DNA of 32,000 nt from Delftia acidovorans NBRC 14950. GTDB taxonomy: Bacteria; Pseudomonadota; Gammaproteobacteria; Burkholderiales; Burkholderiaceae_C. The notes beneath the pieces were generated by a model. The model had not been told where the DNA came from. It made no database searches and saw nothing but the letters and a program-made list of their open reading frames with translations. This document shows, piece by piece, positions 15,405 to 23,129 of the stretch (the stretch's first letter is position 1; each line of letters starts with the position of its first letter). Made by a program: the position numbers and the translations under genes. The stretch is taken from the NCBI RefSeq assembly GCF_001598795.1, contig NZ_BCZP01000034.1, positions 10,911 through 42,910 on the forward strand, given 5' to 3'.

Positions 15405-16313
15405 ATGCCAGTTTACAGCATGACCGGATACGCCAGTGCCCAGCACGGCGCGTCCGCAGAAGATGGTGGAGCGTCGGGCCGCAACAGCCGGCTCGGTCTG
15501 GAGATCCGCTCGGTCAACAGCCGCTTCCTGGATCTTTCGTTCCGCCTGCCCGACGAGTTGCGCGCCCATGAGCCGGCCTTGCGGGCCCTTCTGACCGCCC
15601 GCCTCAAGCGCGGCAAGGTCGAAGTGCGCGCCGCCATCGACAACGACGACGGCAACTCCCTGCCCGATCCCTCCACCGCCATGCTGCAGCGCCTGGCCAT
15701 GCTCCAGGACACCGTCCAGTCATGGCTGCCCGACGCTCGCAGCCTGTCCGTCTCCGACGCACTGCGCCTGGCCAGCGGCGGCGCCCACTCGGCCATCGAC
15801 TGGAGCAGCATGCTGCCCACGCTGGCAGAGCAGGCCCTGACCGAACTGCTGGAGGCCCGCGCCCGCGAAGGCAAGCGCCTGGCCACCATGCTGCTGGACC
15901 GCATCGCCCAGTTGCGCAAACTCGCGGCAGACGCCACGCCCCTGGTGCCCCAGCTCGTGGAGCAGCAGCGCCTGCGCTTCATGGAGCGCTGGAAGGAAGC
16001 GATGGCCCTGGCCGAAGGCGCCGTGGCGCCCGAAGCCGCCCAGGACCGCGCCCTGACCGAGGCCACGGCCTTTGCCATCCGCATCGACGTGGCGGAAGAA
16101 GTCACCCGCCTGGACTCGCACCTGGACGAGATCCAGAGCCTGCTCAAGAAGGGCGGCGAGATCGGCAAGCGCCTGGATTTCCTGATCCAGGAGCTGCACC
16201 GCGAAGCCAACACGCTGGGCTCCAAGTCCGCCACGCTGGAGCTGACCCGCATCAGCGTGGACATGAAGGTGCTGATCGAGCAGATGCGCGAGCAGGTGCA
16301 GAACATCGAATAA
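15405..16313 (+). CDS. yicC: YicC-family stress-induced protein, 302 aa
   Basis: Starts [10 protein letters not shown] (typical YicC N-terminus). The C-terminus [16 protein letters not shown]...[17 protein letters not shown] is typical of the family. Position upstream of gmk-rpoZ-spoT. Confidence 0.85.
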   Translation: MPVYSMTGYASAQHGASAEDGGASGRNSRLGLEIRSVNSRFLDLSFRLPDELRAHEPALRALLTARLKRGKVEVRAAIDNDDGNSLPDPSTAMLQRLAMLQDTVQSWLPDARSLSVSDALRLASGGAHSAIDWSSMLPTLAEQALTELLEARAREGKRLATMLLDRIAQLRKLAADATPLVPQLVEQQRLRFMERWKEAMALAEGAVAPEAAQDRALTEATAFAIRIDVAEEVTRLDSHLDEIQSLLKKGGEIGKRLDFLIQELHREANTLGSKSATLELTRISVDMKVLIEQMREQVQNIE

Positions 16314-16357
16314 GCCCATCACAGATGCCCATGCGTAACCAAACTGCGCACAAATCC

Positions 16358-16987
16358 ATGGATTACCCCGGAAACCTCTTTGTCGTCTCGGCCCCCAGCG
16401 GGGCCGGCAAGTCCAGCCTGGTGCGAGCCTTGCGCGAGTTCGATGCGCGCGTCTCGCCCTCCGTCTCCCACACCACCCGCGCGCCGCGTGGCCAGGAAAA
16501 GCACGGCCGCGAGTACTACTTCGTCTCCGACCAGGAATTCGACACCATGGTGTCGAACAACGCCTTCGTCGAATGGGCGAATGTGCACAGCCGCCGCTAC
16601 GGCACGGCCAAGAAGGCGCTGGAAGAGCGCATTCAGGTCGGCACCGACGTGCTGCTGGAGATCGACTACCAGGGCGCGCTGCAGGTCAAGGAGGCGTTTC
16701 CGAACGCCGTTCTGATCTTCATCCTGCCGCCCAGCTGGGACGAGCTGCGCGCACGCCTGGAAAACCGGGGCGAGGACGCGCCCGAGGTGATCGAACTGCG
16801 CCTGACGAACGCGGCCGAGGAGATGGCCCAGGTGGCGAAATTCGACTTCGTTATAATCAACGAATTGTTCGAGAGCGCACTGTTTGATCTCAAGACGATC
16901 ATCCACGCCCAGCGCCTCAAGTATGCGGCTCAGCGCAGCCGCCGCGCAGAGACCTTCGAGTCTCTCAATATTTCTGTACCCAACTGA
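16358..16987 (+). CDS. gmk: Guanylate kinase
   Basis: [15 protein letters not shown] (P-loop), [32 protein letters not shown]. The start is ambiguous (ATG 16325, 16331 or 16358). Confidence 0.9.
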   Translation: MDYPGNLFVVSAPSGAGKSSLVRALREFDARVSPSVSHTTRAPRGQEKHGREYYFVSDQEFDTMVSNNAFVEWANVHSRRYGTAKKALEERIQVGTDVLLEIDYQGALQVKEAFPNAVLIFILPPSWDELRARLENRGEDAPEVIELRLTNAAEEMAQVAKFDFVIINELFESALFDLKTIIHAQRLKYAAQRSRRAETFESLNISVPN

Positions 16988-17005
16988 CGTTTCCCGGAGA
17001 TCCTG

Positions 17006-17209
17006 ATGGCACGCATCACTGTTGAAGACTGCCTGGAGCAGATCCCTAACCGCTTCCAGCTCGTGTTGGCCGCCACCTACCGCGCCCGCATGCTGAGCCA
17101 GGGCCACACGCCCAGGATCGAAACCAAGAACAAGCCCGGTGTCACCGCCCTGCGCGAGATCGCCGAAGGCAAGGTCGGCCTGGAGATGCTGAAGAAGGTT
17201 CCGGGCTGA
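17006..17209 (+). CDS. rpoZ: DNA-directed RNA polymerase subunit omega, 67 aa
   Basis: [30 protein letters not shown] is the canonical RpoZ N-terminus. SD GGAGA lies before the ATG. Confidence 0.95.
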   Translation: MARITVEDCLEQIPNRFQLVLAATYRARMLSQGHTPRIETKNKPGVTALREIAEGKVGLEMLKKVPG

Positions 17210-17242
17210 TTTGCTGCAAAGCAACACAATGGCCCCACAAAG

Positions 17243-17267
17243 AGCACCGCACAGCGGTGCTTTTTTT
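17243..17267 (+). terminator. Rho-independent terminator immediately after rpoZ
   Basis: AGCACCG-cacag-CGGTGCT followed by TTTTTTT (stem 17243-17249 / 17255-17261). Confidence 0.75.
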
Positions 17268-17310
17268 ACATGAAGCCTGCACAAACCCGCATGCACGCTA
17301 CATTTAAGTC

Positions 17311-19578
17311 ATGAAAGCGGCCTTGACTTCGTTCACAGCCCCCTCTGATCCCGTACCGACACCCCGGCCCGAGCGCATGTCTGCAGAGCAGGCAGCGACC
17401 GTGTCGGCCAATGCCTTTGCCGGACTGATGGAGCACCTGGGTTACCTGGATGCCACCAGCATCGAGCAGGTGCGCGAAGCCTATGCTTTTGCCGACCTGG
17501 CCCACAGCGACCAGTGGCGCAGCAGCGGCGAACCCTACATCACCCATCCCATTGCCGTCACCGCGCTGTGCGCGAGCTGGAAGCTCGACGCCCCGGCCCT
17601 GATGGCCGCGCTGCTGCACGATGCGATGGAAGACTGCGGCGTCACCAAGGCGGACCTCGCCCAGCGCTTCGGCCAGGACGTGGCCGAGCTGGTCGACGGC
17701 CTCACCAAGCTGGACAAGCTGCAGTTCAACACGCGTGAGGAAAACCAGGCCGAGTCCTTCCGCAAGATGCTGCTGGCCATGGCACGCGATGTGCGCGTCA
17801 TCCTGATCAAGCTGGCCGACCGCACCCACAACATGCGCACCATGGGCGACATGCCGCGCAACAAGTGGGGCCGCATCTCGTCGGAGACGCTGGAGATCTA
17901 CGCACCCATCGCCCACCGCCTGGGCCTGAACCAGACCTACCGCGAGCTGCAGGACCTGGCCTTCCGCCACCTGCACCCCTGGCGCTATGCCACGCTGGAA
18001 AAGGCCATCGCCCGCTCGCGCAAGCGCCGCCGCGACCTGGTCCAGCGCGTGCAGGACGAGGTCAATGCGGAGTTCGCCGGCGCAGGCCTGCAGGCACGCC
18101 TGGCAGGGCGCGAAAGCACGCTGTATTCGCTCTATCTGCGCATGGAGAAGAACCAGCTGAGCTTTGCCAAGGTGACGGACGTCTACGGATTTCGCGTCAT
18201 CCTGCCGCGCGTGATCGACTGCTACACCGCGCTGGGCGTGCTGCACCAGATGTACAAGCCCATGCCGGGCCGCTTCAAGGACTACATCGCCATTGCCAAG
18301 AACAATGGCTACCAGTCGCTGCACACCACGCTGGTGGGCCCCTCGGGCGTGAACATCGAGTTCCAGATCCGCACCGAGGAAATGCACATCGTCGCCGAGG
18401 CCGGCGTCGCCGCGCACTGGCTGTACAAGGCCCAGCCCGGCCACGATTCCGAGCAGCTGGGCACGCAGTGGCTGCAGTCGCTGCTGGACATACAGAACGA
18501 GACGCGCGATGCGGCCGAGTTCTGGGACCACGTCAAGGTGGACCTGTTCCCCGACGCCGTCTACGTGTTCACGCCCAAGAGCGAGATCATGGCCATGCCG
18601 CGCGGCGCCACCGTGGTGGACTTCGCCTACGCCATCCACAGCAAGGTCGGCAACCACATGACGGCCGCCCGCATCAACAACGAGGAAGTGCCGCTGCGCA
18701 CCGAACTCAAGAGCGGCGACGTGGTGCAGATCGTCACCTCCGAGGACGCCACGCCCAACCCGGCCTGGCTGGGCTTCGTGAAGACGGGCCGCGCGCGCTC
18801 CAAGATCCGCCACTACCTGAAGTCGGCCGCGCAAAGCGAATCGGCCCGCCTGGGCGAGAACCTGCTGGCCCAGGCCATGCGTGCCGAAGGCATGGATGCC
18901 GTGCCGCCGGCCGACGAGGCCAACCAGGCACTGTGGGACGAGGTGCTGCGCATGGCCGGCAGCCGCAGCCGCGCCGACCTGATGGTGGACATCGGCATGG
19001 GCCGGCGCATTGCGTCGCTGGTGGCCTCGCGCCTGACGGCGCTGATGGCGCGCCACGGCCACCGGCCCGACGCCCTGCTGCTCACACGCGAACGCTTCAA
19101 CTCCAGCAACCGTCCCTTCCAGGGTGCCGTGCTGCTGGACGGCTCCAACCAGGGCTCCATCCACTACGCGCAATGCTGCCGCCCCGTGCCGGGCGACCCC
19201 ATCGTGGGCTACCTGGGCAGCGGCGAAGGCCTGATCGTCCACCATGCGCAGTGCAAGATCGCGCAGCGCCTGCAGGAAAAGGACAGAGACCGCTTCATCG
19301 TGGTTGAGTGGGCCGATGACATGGATGCCGCACGCCTGTTCGAGGCACGCATCGTGGTCACCGTCAACAACGGCAAGGGCGTGCTCGCGCGCGTGGCGGC
19401 CGAGCTGGCCGGCGCCGAGGTGGACATCCTGCGCGTGGACATGGCCGACGAGGCGGCCATGAGCACCACGGACCTGTGCTTCGTGATCTCGGTGCACGAC
19501 AACCAGCAGGTGGAGTCCGCGCTGCGCAACCTGCGCCGCGTGCACTCGGTGGTGCGCGCATCGCGCGTCATCCCCTGA
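17311..19578 (+). CDS. spoT: Bifunctional (p)ppGpp synthetase/hydrolase (RSH family, SpoT-type), 755 aa
   Basis: HD hydrolase domain (YITHPIAVT...LLHDAMEDCG), synthetase domain (GYQSLHTTLVGPSGVNIEFQIRTEEMH), TGS (VYVFTPKSEIMAMPRGATVVDFAYAIHSKVG) and a C-terminal ACT-like domain. It follows rpoZ. An alternative start is ATG 17377. Confidence 0.92.
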   Translation: MKAALTSFTAPSDPVPTPRPERMSAEQAATVSANAFAGLMEHLGYLDATSIEQVREAYAFADLAHSDQWRSSGEPYITHPIAVTALCASWKLDAPALMAALLHDAMEDCGVTKADLAQRFGQDVAELVDGLTKLDKLQFNTREENQAESFRKMLLAMARDVRVILIKLADRTHNMRTMGDMPRNKWGRISSETLEIYAPIAHRLGLNQTYRELQDLAFRHLHPWRYATLEKAIARSRKRRRDLVQRVQDEVNAEFAGAGLQARLAGRESTLYSLYLRMEKNQLSFAKVTDVYGFRVILPRVIDCYTALGVLHQMYKPMPGRFKDYIAIAKNNGYQSLHTTLVGPSGVNIEFQIRTEEMHIVAEAGVAAHWLYKAQPGHDSEQLGTQWLQSLLDIQNETRDAAEFWDHVKVDLFPDAVYVFTPKSEIMAMPRGATVVDFAYAIHSKVGNHMTAARINNEEVPLRTELKSGDVVQIVTSEDATPNPAWLGFVKTGRARSKIRHYLKSAAQSESARLGENLLAQAMRAEGMDAVPPADEANQALWDEVLRMAGSRSRADLMVDIGMGRRIASLVASRLTALMARHGHRPDALLLTRERFNSSNRPFQGAVLLDGSNQGSIHYAQCCRPVPGDPIVGYLGSGEGLIVHHAQCKIAQRLQEKDRDRFIVVEWADDMDAARLFEARIVVTVNNGKGVLARVAAELAGAEVDILRVDMADEAAMSTTDLCFVISVHDNQQVESALRNLRRVHSVVRASRVIP

Positions 19579-19583
19579 ACACT

Positions 19584-19606
19584 GCCCCGCTCCTGCGGGG
19601 CTTTTT
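19584..19606 (+). terminator. Rho-independent terminator after spoT
   Basis: GCCCCGC-tcct-GCGGGGC followed by TTTTT. The T-tract abuts the stop codon of the convergent Sir2 gene. Confidence 0.75.
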
Positions 19607-20472
19607 CATTGCGCCAGGTCCAGGGCCAGCTGCTGCAGCAACGGGCCGCAGTCCTGCTCGATCTTGAGGGCCAGCAAATCCTCGGAGCGCATGCGGCCCT
19701 GGTTGATGGCGGCCACCGGCTTGCCCTGGGCCACGGCCTCATGCACAAAGCGCAGGCCTGAATACACCATCAGCGAAGAACCGGCGACCAGCAGCCCGCC
19801 GGCCTGCTGCAGCATGGCGCGCACGGCCTGCACCCGCTGGCTGGGCACGCCTTCCCCGTAGAACACCACATCGGGCTTGAGCACGCCGCCGCAATGCGGG
19901 CAGGCCGGCACGTCGAAGCGGCTGAAGTCGCGCCCCTCCAGATCGGCATCGCCGTCGGGCGCGGCCTGGGCGCTCAGGCCGGCCCAGCCGGGGTTGCGCT
20001 CCAGCAGCATGGCCTGCAGCACGGCGCGCTCCATGCCGGCGCCGCAGCCCATGCAGCGCACGGCGGCGATGCGGCCGTGCAGGTCGATGACGCCATCGCT
20101 GCCCGCTGCCGTGTGCAGGCCGTCCACATTCTGGGTGACCAGGCCTTCGATCCATCCGCGCTGCTGCAACTGCGCCAGTGCCGCGTGGGCCTGGCCGGGC
20201 CTGGCCTGCGCCATCACGGGCCAGCCCAGCAGGCTGCGCGCCCAATAGCGCTGGCGCGTGGCATGGCTGCCCATGAAGGCCTGCAGCGTCACTGGCTGGG
20301 GGCGCTTCCACTGGCCTTCCAGATCCCGGTAGTCCGGAATGCCGGAGCCCGTGCTGCAGCCCGCGCCCGTCAGCACCAGCCAGCGCCGACCGGGCGGCAG
20401 CAAGGCGCGCAGGGCCAGCGCGGCATCGTGCAGAACCGGGGATGGTGATGGCGGCGGAGCGATGGCGGTCAT
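19606..20472 (-). CDS. cobB: NAD-dependent protein deacylase, Sir2 family, 288 aa
   Basis: LTGAGCSTGSGIPDYR, VTQNVDGLH, Zn-ribbon cysteines CMGCG...CPHCGG, VAGSSLMV. The start is chosen at MTAIAPP (CAT 20470-20472). Confidence 0.85.
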   Translation of the reverse strand: MTAIAPPPSPSPVLHDAALALRALLPPGRRWLVLTGAGCSTGSGIPDYRDLEGQWKRPQPVTLQAFMGSHATRQRYWARSLLGWPVMAQARPGQAHAALAQLQQRGWIEGLVTQNVDGLHTAAGSDGVIDLHGRIAAVRCMGCGAGMERAVLQAMLLERNPGWAGLSAQAAPDGDADLEGRDFSRFDVPACPHCGGVLKPDVVFYGEGVPSQRVQAVRAMLQQAGGLLVAGSSLMVYSGLRFVHEAVAQGKPVAAINQGRMRSEDLLALKIEQDCGPLLQQLALDLAQ

Positions 20473-20558
20473 GGCCGCACAGCATAGCGGCCCCGCACGC
20501 CCAATGCAGAAACACCGTGTTGCACTCCGAGCCGGGGCGCAGCGGAGACAATGGCCAG

Positions 20559-21944
20559 ATGCCTCACGCACACGCCACCGCCCAAGCCGCCGCCCAAGCC
20601 ACAGCCCAAGCTTTTTCCACCGCCCGCCATCCCGCCGCGCTGAACCGCGCCGCCCTGGCCACCGCCCTGGCCACCGCCCTGGCCGCCGTGCTGCTGGCCG
20701 GCTGCGCGTCCCGGCCGGCGCCTGCGCCGGTCACGGTGCCGCCCTCCATGCCCGCCCCCACGGCGCCTGCCGCGCCCGTGCAGCCCGAACCGGCCACCGC
20801 GCCGGATGCCGCCCAGCAGGCCGAAGCCACCAGCTTCGAAGCGTGGAAGCGGGATTTCGCGCGCAAGGCGCTGGACGCCGGCATCTCGGAGAAAACCTTG
20901 CGCAGCGCACTGGAGCCTGCCCGGCTGCAGCGCCGCGCGGTGCAGCTGGACCGCTCGCAGCCTGAATTCACGCGCACGCCCTGGCAGTACCTGGACAGCG
21001 CCGTATCGGCCCAGCGCATTGCCCAGGGCCGCGCCAAGCTGCGCGAAGCGGCTGCACCGCTGCAGTCGGCCAGCCAGCGCTATGGCGTGCCGGCCGAGGT
21101 GATCGCCGCCATCTGGGGCATGGAAAGCAATTTCGGCGGCAACTTCGGCAACTTCCCCACGGTCGATGCGCTGGCCACGCTGGCCTTCGACGGCCGGCGC
21201 GCCGCATGGGCGCAAAAGGAGCTGCTTGCAGCCCTGCGCATCATCGACAACGGCGATATCGATGCGGCCCACATGATCGGCTCCTGGGCGGGTGCCATGG
21301 GCCACACGCAATTCCTGCCCTCCGTGTTCCTGGCCTATGCGGTGGATGCCGATGGCGATGGCCGCCGCGACATCTGGGGCAGCCTGCCCGATGTGACGGC
21401 CTCCACGGCGAACTACCTGGCCCATTCGGGCTGGAAGACGGGCGAGCCCTGGGGCGTGGAAGTGCGCCTGCCGGCAGGCTTTGACCATGCACGCGCCGAG
21501 ACCAGCGTGCGCCAGGACAGCGCGCAATGGGCGGCCGAGGGCGTGCAGGCCGTGGACGGCTCCGCCCTGCCCGCCATGGCCGATGCCAGCGTGATCGCGC
21601 CGGCCGGCGCGCGCGGGCCGGCCTTCATGGTGGGTGCCAACTTCCGCACCATCCTGCGCTACAACAACTCCGTGAATTACGCATTGGGCGTGGGCCTGCT
21701 GTCGCAGCAACTGGCCGGCGGCCCGGGCGTGCAGGCGGCCTGGCCGCGCGATCTGGCACCGCTGTCGCGCGAGCAGTTGCGCGCCTTGCAGGCCGCGCTC
21801 AACGAACGGGGATTTTCGGCCGGCACGGCCGATGGCGTGATGGGCCCGGCCACACGCGCGGGCCTGCGCCAGTTCCAGCAAAGCCAGGGCCTGGTGGCCG
21901 ACGGCTATCCCACGCTGGAGCTGCTGCAGAAACTGCAGCCCTGA
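20559..21944 (+). CDS. mltB: Lytic murein transglycosylase (MltB/SLT_2 family) lipoprotein with a C-terminal peptidoglycan-binding domain
   Basis: Lipobox LLAGC. IAAIWGMESNFG (catalytic Glu motif), GSWAGAMGHTQFLPS, NYNxSxxYA-like RYNNSVNYALGVG. The C-terminal segment ALQAALNERGFSAGTADGVMGPATRAGLRQFQ is PG_binding_1-like. Confidence 0.85.
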   Translation: MPHAHATAQAAAQATAQAFSTARHPAALNRAALATALATALAAVLLAGCASRPAPAPVTVPPSMPAPTAPAAPVQPEPATAPDAAQQAEATSFEAWKRDFARKALDAGISEKTLRSALEPARLQRRAVQLDRSQPEFTRTPWQYLDSAVSAQRIAQGRAKLREAAAPLQSASQRYGVPAEVIAAIWGMESNFGGNFGNFPTVDALATLAFDGRRAAWAQKELLAALRIIDNGDIDAAHMIGSWAGAMGHTQFLPSVFLAYAVDADGDGRRDIWGSLPDVTASTANYLAHSGWKTGEPWGVEVRLPAGFDHARAETSVRQDSAQWAAEGVQAVDGSALPAMADASVIAPAGARGPAFMVGANFRTILRYNNSVNYALGVGLLSQQLAGGPGVQAAWPRDLAPLSREQLRALQAALNERGFSAGTADGVMGPATRAGLRQFQQSQGLVADGYPTLELLQKLQP

Positions 21945-21948
21945 ACGC

Positions 21949-22515
21949 TCACCCGGCGGCGCTGCCCGGCTCCGGGTAGGTGACTTCCAGCACTTCCAGC
22001 GTGCGCACACCTGCGGGTGTGGGCAGAGCCACCTCGTCGCCCACACGGGCCTTGAGCAGGGCGCGCGAGACGGGTGCAATCCAGCTGACCTGCTGGCGTG
22101 CGCTGTCGGCCTCGTCGATGCCCATGATGGTGATGGTGCGCTCCTCGCCCTCGTCATCGACATAGGTGACGGTCGCGCCGAAGTAGATCTGCTCGCTGCC
22201 GGCATGCACGGAGGGATCGACCACCTCGGCGATCTCCAGCCGCTTGGTCAGAAAGCGGATGCGCCGGTCGATCTCGCGCAGGCGCTTCTTGCCGTACAGA
22301 TAGTCGCCGTTCTCGGAGCGGTCGCCATTGCTGGCCGCCCAGTGCACGATCTCCACGATGCGCGGGCGCTCGTTGTCGATCAGGTCCAGCAGCTCCGTCT
22401 TCAGCCGCTCGAAGCCCTGGGGCGTGATGTAGTTCTTGCCGCCCGGCGGCAAGGGCGGCAGGCCGACTTCATCATCGTCGTCGCCGTCGGATTCCTTGGT
22501 GAAAGCCTTGCTCAT
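21949..22515 (-). CDS. greB: Transcription elongation factor GreB, 188 aa
   Basis: NYITPQGFERLKTEL, GDRSENGDYLYGKKRLREIDRRIRFLTKRL, VSWIAPVSRALLKARVGD. The start is at MSKAF (CAT 22513-22515). The remainder of ORF 21949..22713 reads through the tRNA. Confidence 0.9.
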   Translation of the reverse strand: MSKAFTKESDGDDDDEVGLPPLPPGGKNYITPQGFERLKTELLDLIDNERPRIVEIVHWAASNGDRSENGDYLYGKKRLREIDRRIRFLTKRLEIAEVVDPSVHAGSEQIYFGATVTYVDDEGEERTITIMGIDEADSARQQVSWIAPVSRALLKARVGDEVALPTPAGVRTLEVLEVTYPEPGSAAG

Positions 22516-22591
22516 AGGGAGCCGATCTTCACACAGATCACCGCAGGAGGCGAAGACGCCGCACAAACCTCGACACCAACGGCGGCACAAA

Positions 22592-22625
22592 CGAAAAAGC
22601 CTCAGAACTTTGCAGTTCTGAGGCT
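22592..22625 (-). terminator. Rho-independent terminator of tRNA-Arg copy A
   Basis: On the minus strand: AGCCTCAGAAC-tgcaaa-GTTCTGAGGCT followed by TTTTTC. Confidence 0.8.
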
Positions 22626-22633
22626 TGTCGTTT

Positions 22634-22710
22634 TGGTGCGGCTGGCAGGAATCGAACCCACGACCCCTTGGTTCGTAGCCAAGTACTCTATCCAGCTGAG
22701 CTACAGCCGC
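22634..22710 (-). tRNA. tRNA-Arg (anticodon ACG), 77 nt, CCA encoded
   Basis: The reverse complement folds as GCGGCTG-TA-GCTC-AGCTGGATA-GAGT-A-CTTGG-CTACGAA-CCAAG-GGGTC-GTGGG-TTCGATT-CCTGC-CAGCCGC-ACCA. The D-arm and anticodon loop are identical to E. coli tRNA-Arg(ACG). The T-stem has two G.U pairs. Confidence 0.93.
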
Positions 22711-22720
22711 CAAGCTTCGA

Positions 22721-22726
22721 ATTATA
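22721..22726 (-). promoter_or_regulatory. Perfect TATAAT -10 box 10 nt upstream of the mature 5' end of tRNA-Arg copy A
   Basis: Minus strand ...GCACGCTATAATTCGAAGCTTG-GCGGCTG. No good -35 was found. Confidence 0.4.
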
Positions 22727-22827
22727 GCGTGCTTTTTGAACGCTTACGGAAAACCATGAAAATATCGAAAAATAACCGTTGACCAGCGCCTGAATCATTT
22801 CCACGGCCTCCGTGCGGGCGCCTGAAA

Positions 22828-22861
22828 CGAAAAAGCCTCAGAACTTTGCAGTTCTGAGGCT
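22828..22861 (-). terminator. Rho-independent terminator of tRNA-Arg copy B
   Basis: Identical sequence to 22592-22625. Confidence 0.8.
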
Positions 22862-22869
22862 TGTCGTTT

Positions 22870-22946
22870 TGGTGCGGCTGGCAGGAATCGAACCCACGAC
22901 CCCTTGGTTCGTAGCCAAGTACTCTATCCAGCTGAGCTACAGCCGC
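22870..22946 (-). tRNA. tRNA-Arg (anticodon ACG), second identical copy
   Basis: Identical 77-nt sequence to 22634-22710. Confidence 0.93.
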
Positions 22947-23129
22947 CAAGACAACGATTGTATATCAATTTCCGACCTCTCCGCAAAAATTGCAACCATC
23001 GCAAACTCCGGGGCCCGTGGCGCACCGCGCTGGCCTATATTGGCCGGTCGCGGATGCAGGCCCTGCCCTGCACCTGTGCGGGAGACAAACACAGCGAGCG
23101 GCCCGCCGCAGCGGCGGGAACGACAAGAC

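Larger units (their letters stand above)
22589..22950. repeat. Tandem duplication (period 236 bp) of a 126-bp module: terminator + tRNA-Arg + 4-nt leader
   Basis: 22589-22714 and 22825-22950 are identical by direct reading. They are separated by a 110-bp unique, more AT-rich spacer. Confidence 0.9.

Noticed and set aside
17266-19545. 759-aa minus-strand ORF opposite spoT. The same kind of mirror ORF occurs at 6974..8542, 9309..10889, 20469..22205, 22965..24929, 24668..26113, 26807..28399 and 28867..31860.
   Set aside because: All are antisense to genes with unmistakable family motifs. They encode Arg/Gly/Ala/His-rich low-complexity sequence and lack SD-led starts. They are GC-content artefacts.
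21949-22949. ORFs 21949..22713 (N-terminal part) and 22722..22949, both starting MAAVAQLDRVLGYEPRGRGFDSCQPHQ
   Set aside because: That peptide is simply the translation of the tRNA-Arg gene and its terminator. Real greB starts at 22515.
22983-23006. Three GCAA(A/C) motifs at exact 9-bp spacing upstream of tRNA copy B / MocR gene
   Set aside because: The motif is too short and degenerate to separate from chance in an AT-richer promoter region. It is mentioned only under the tRNA duplication finding.
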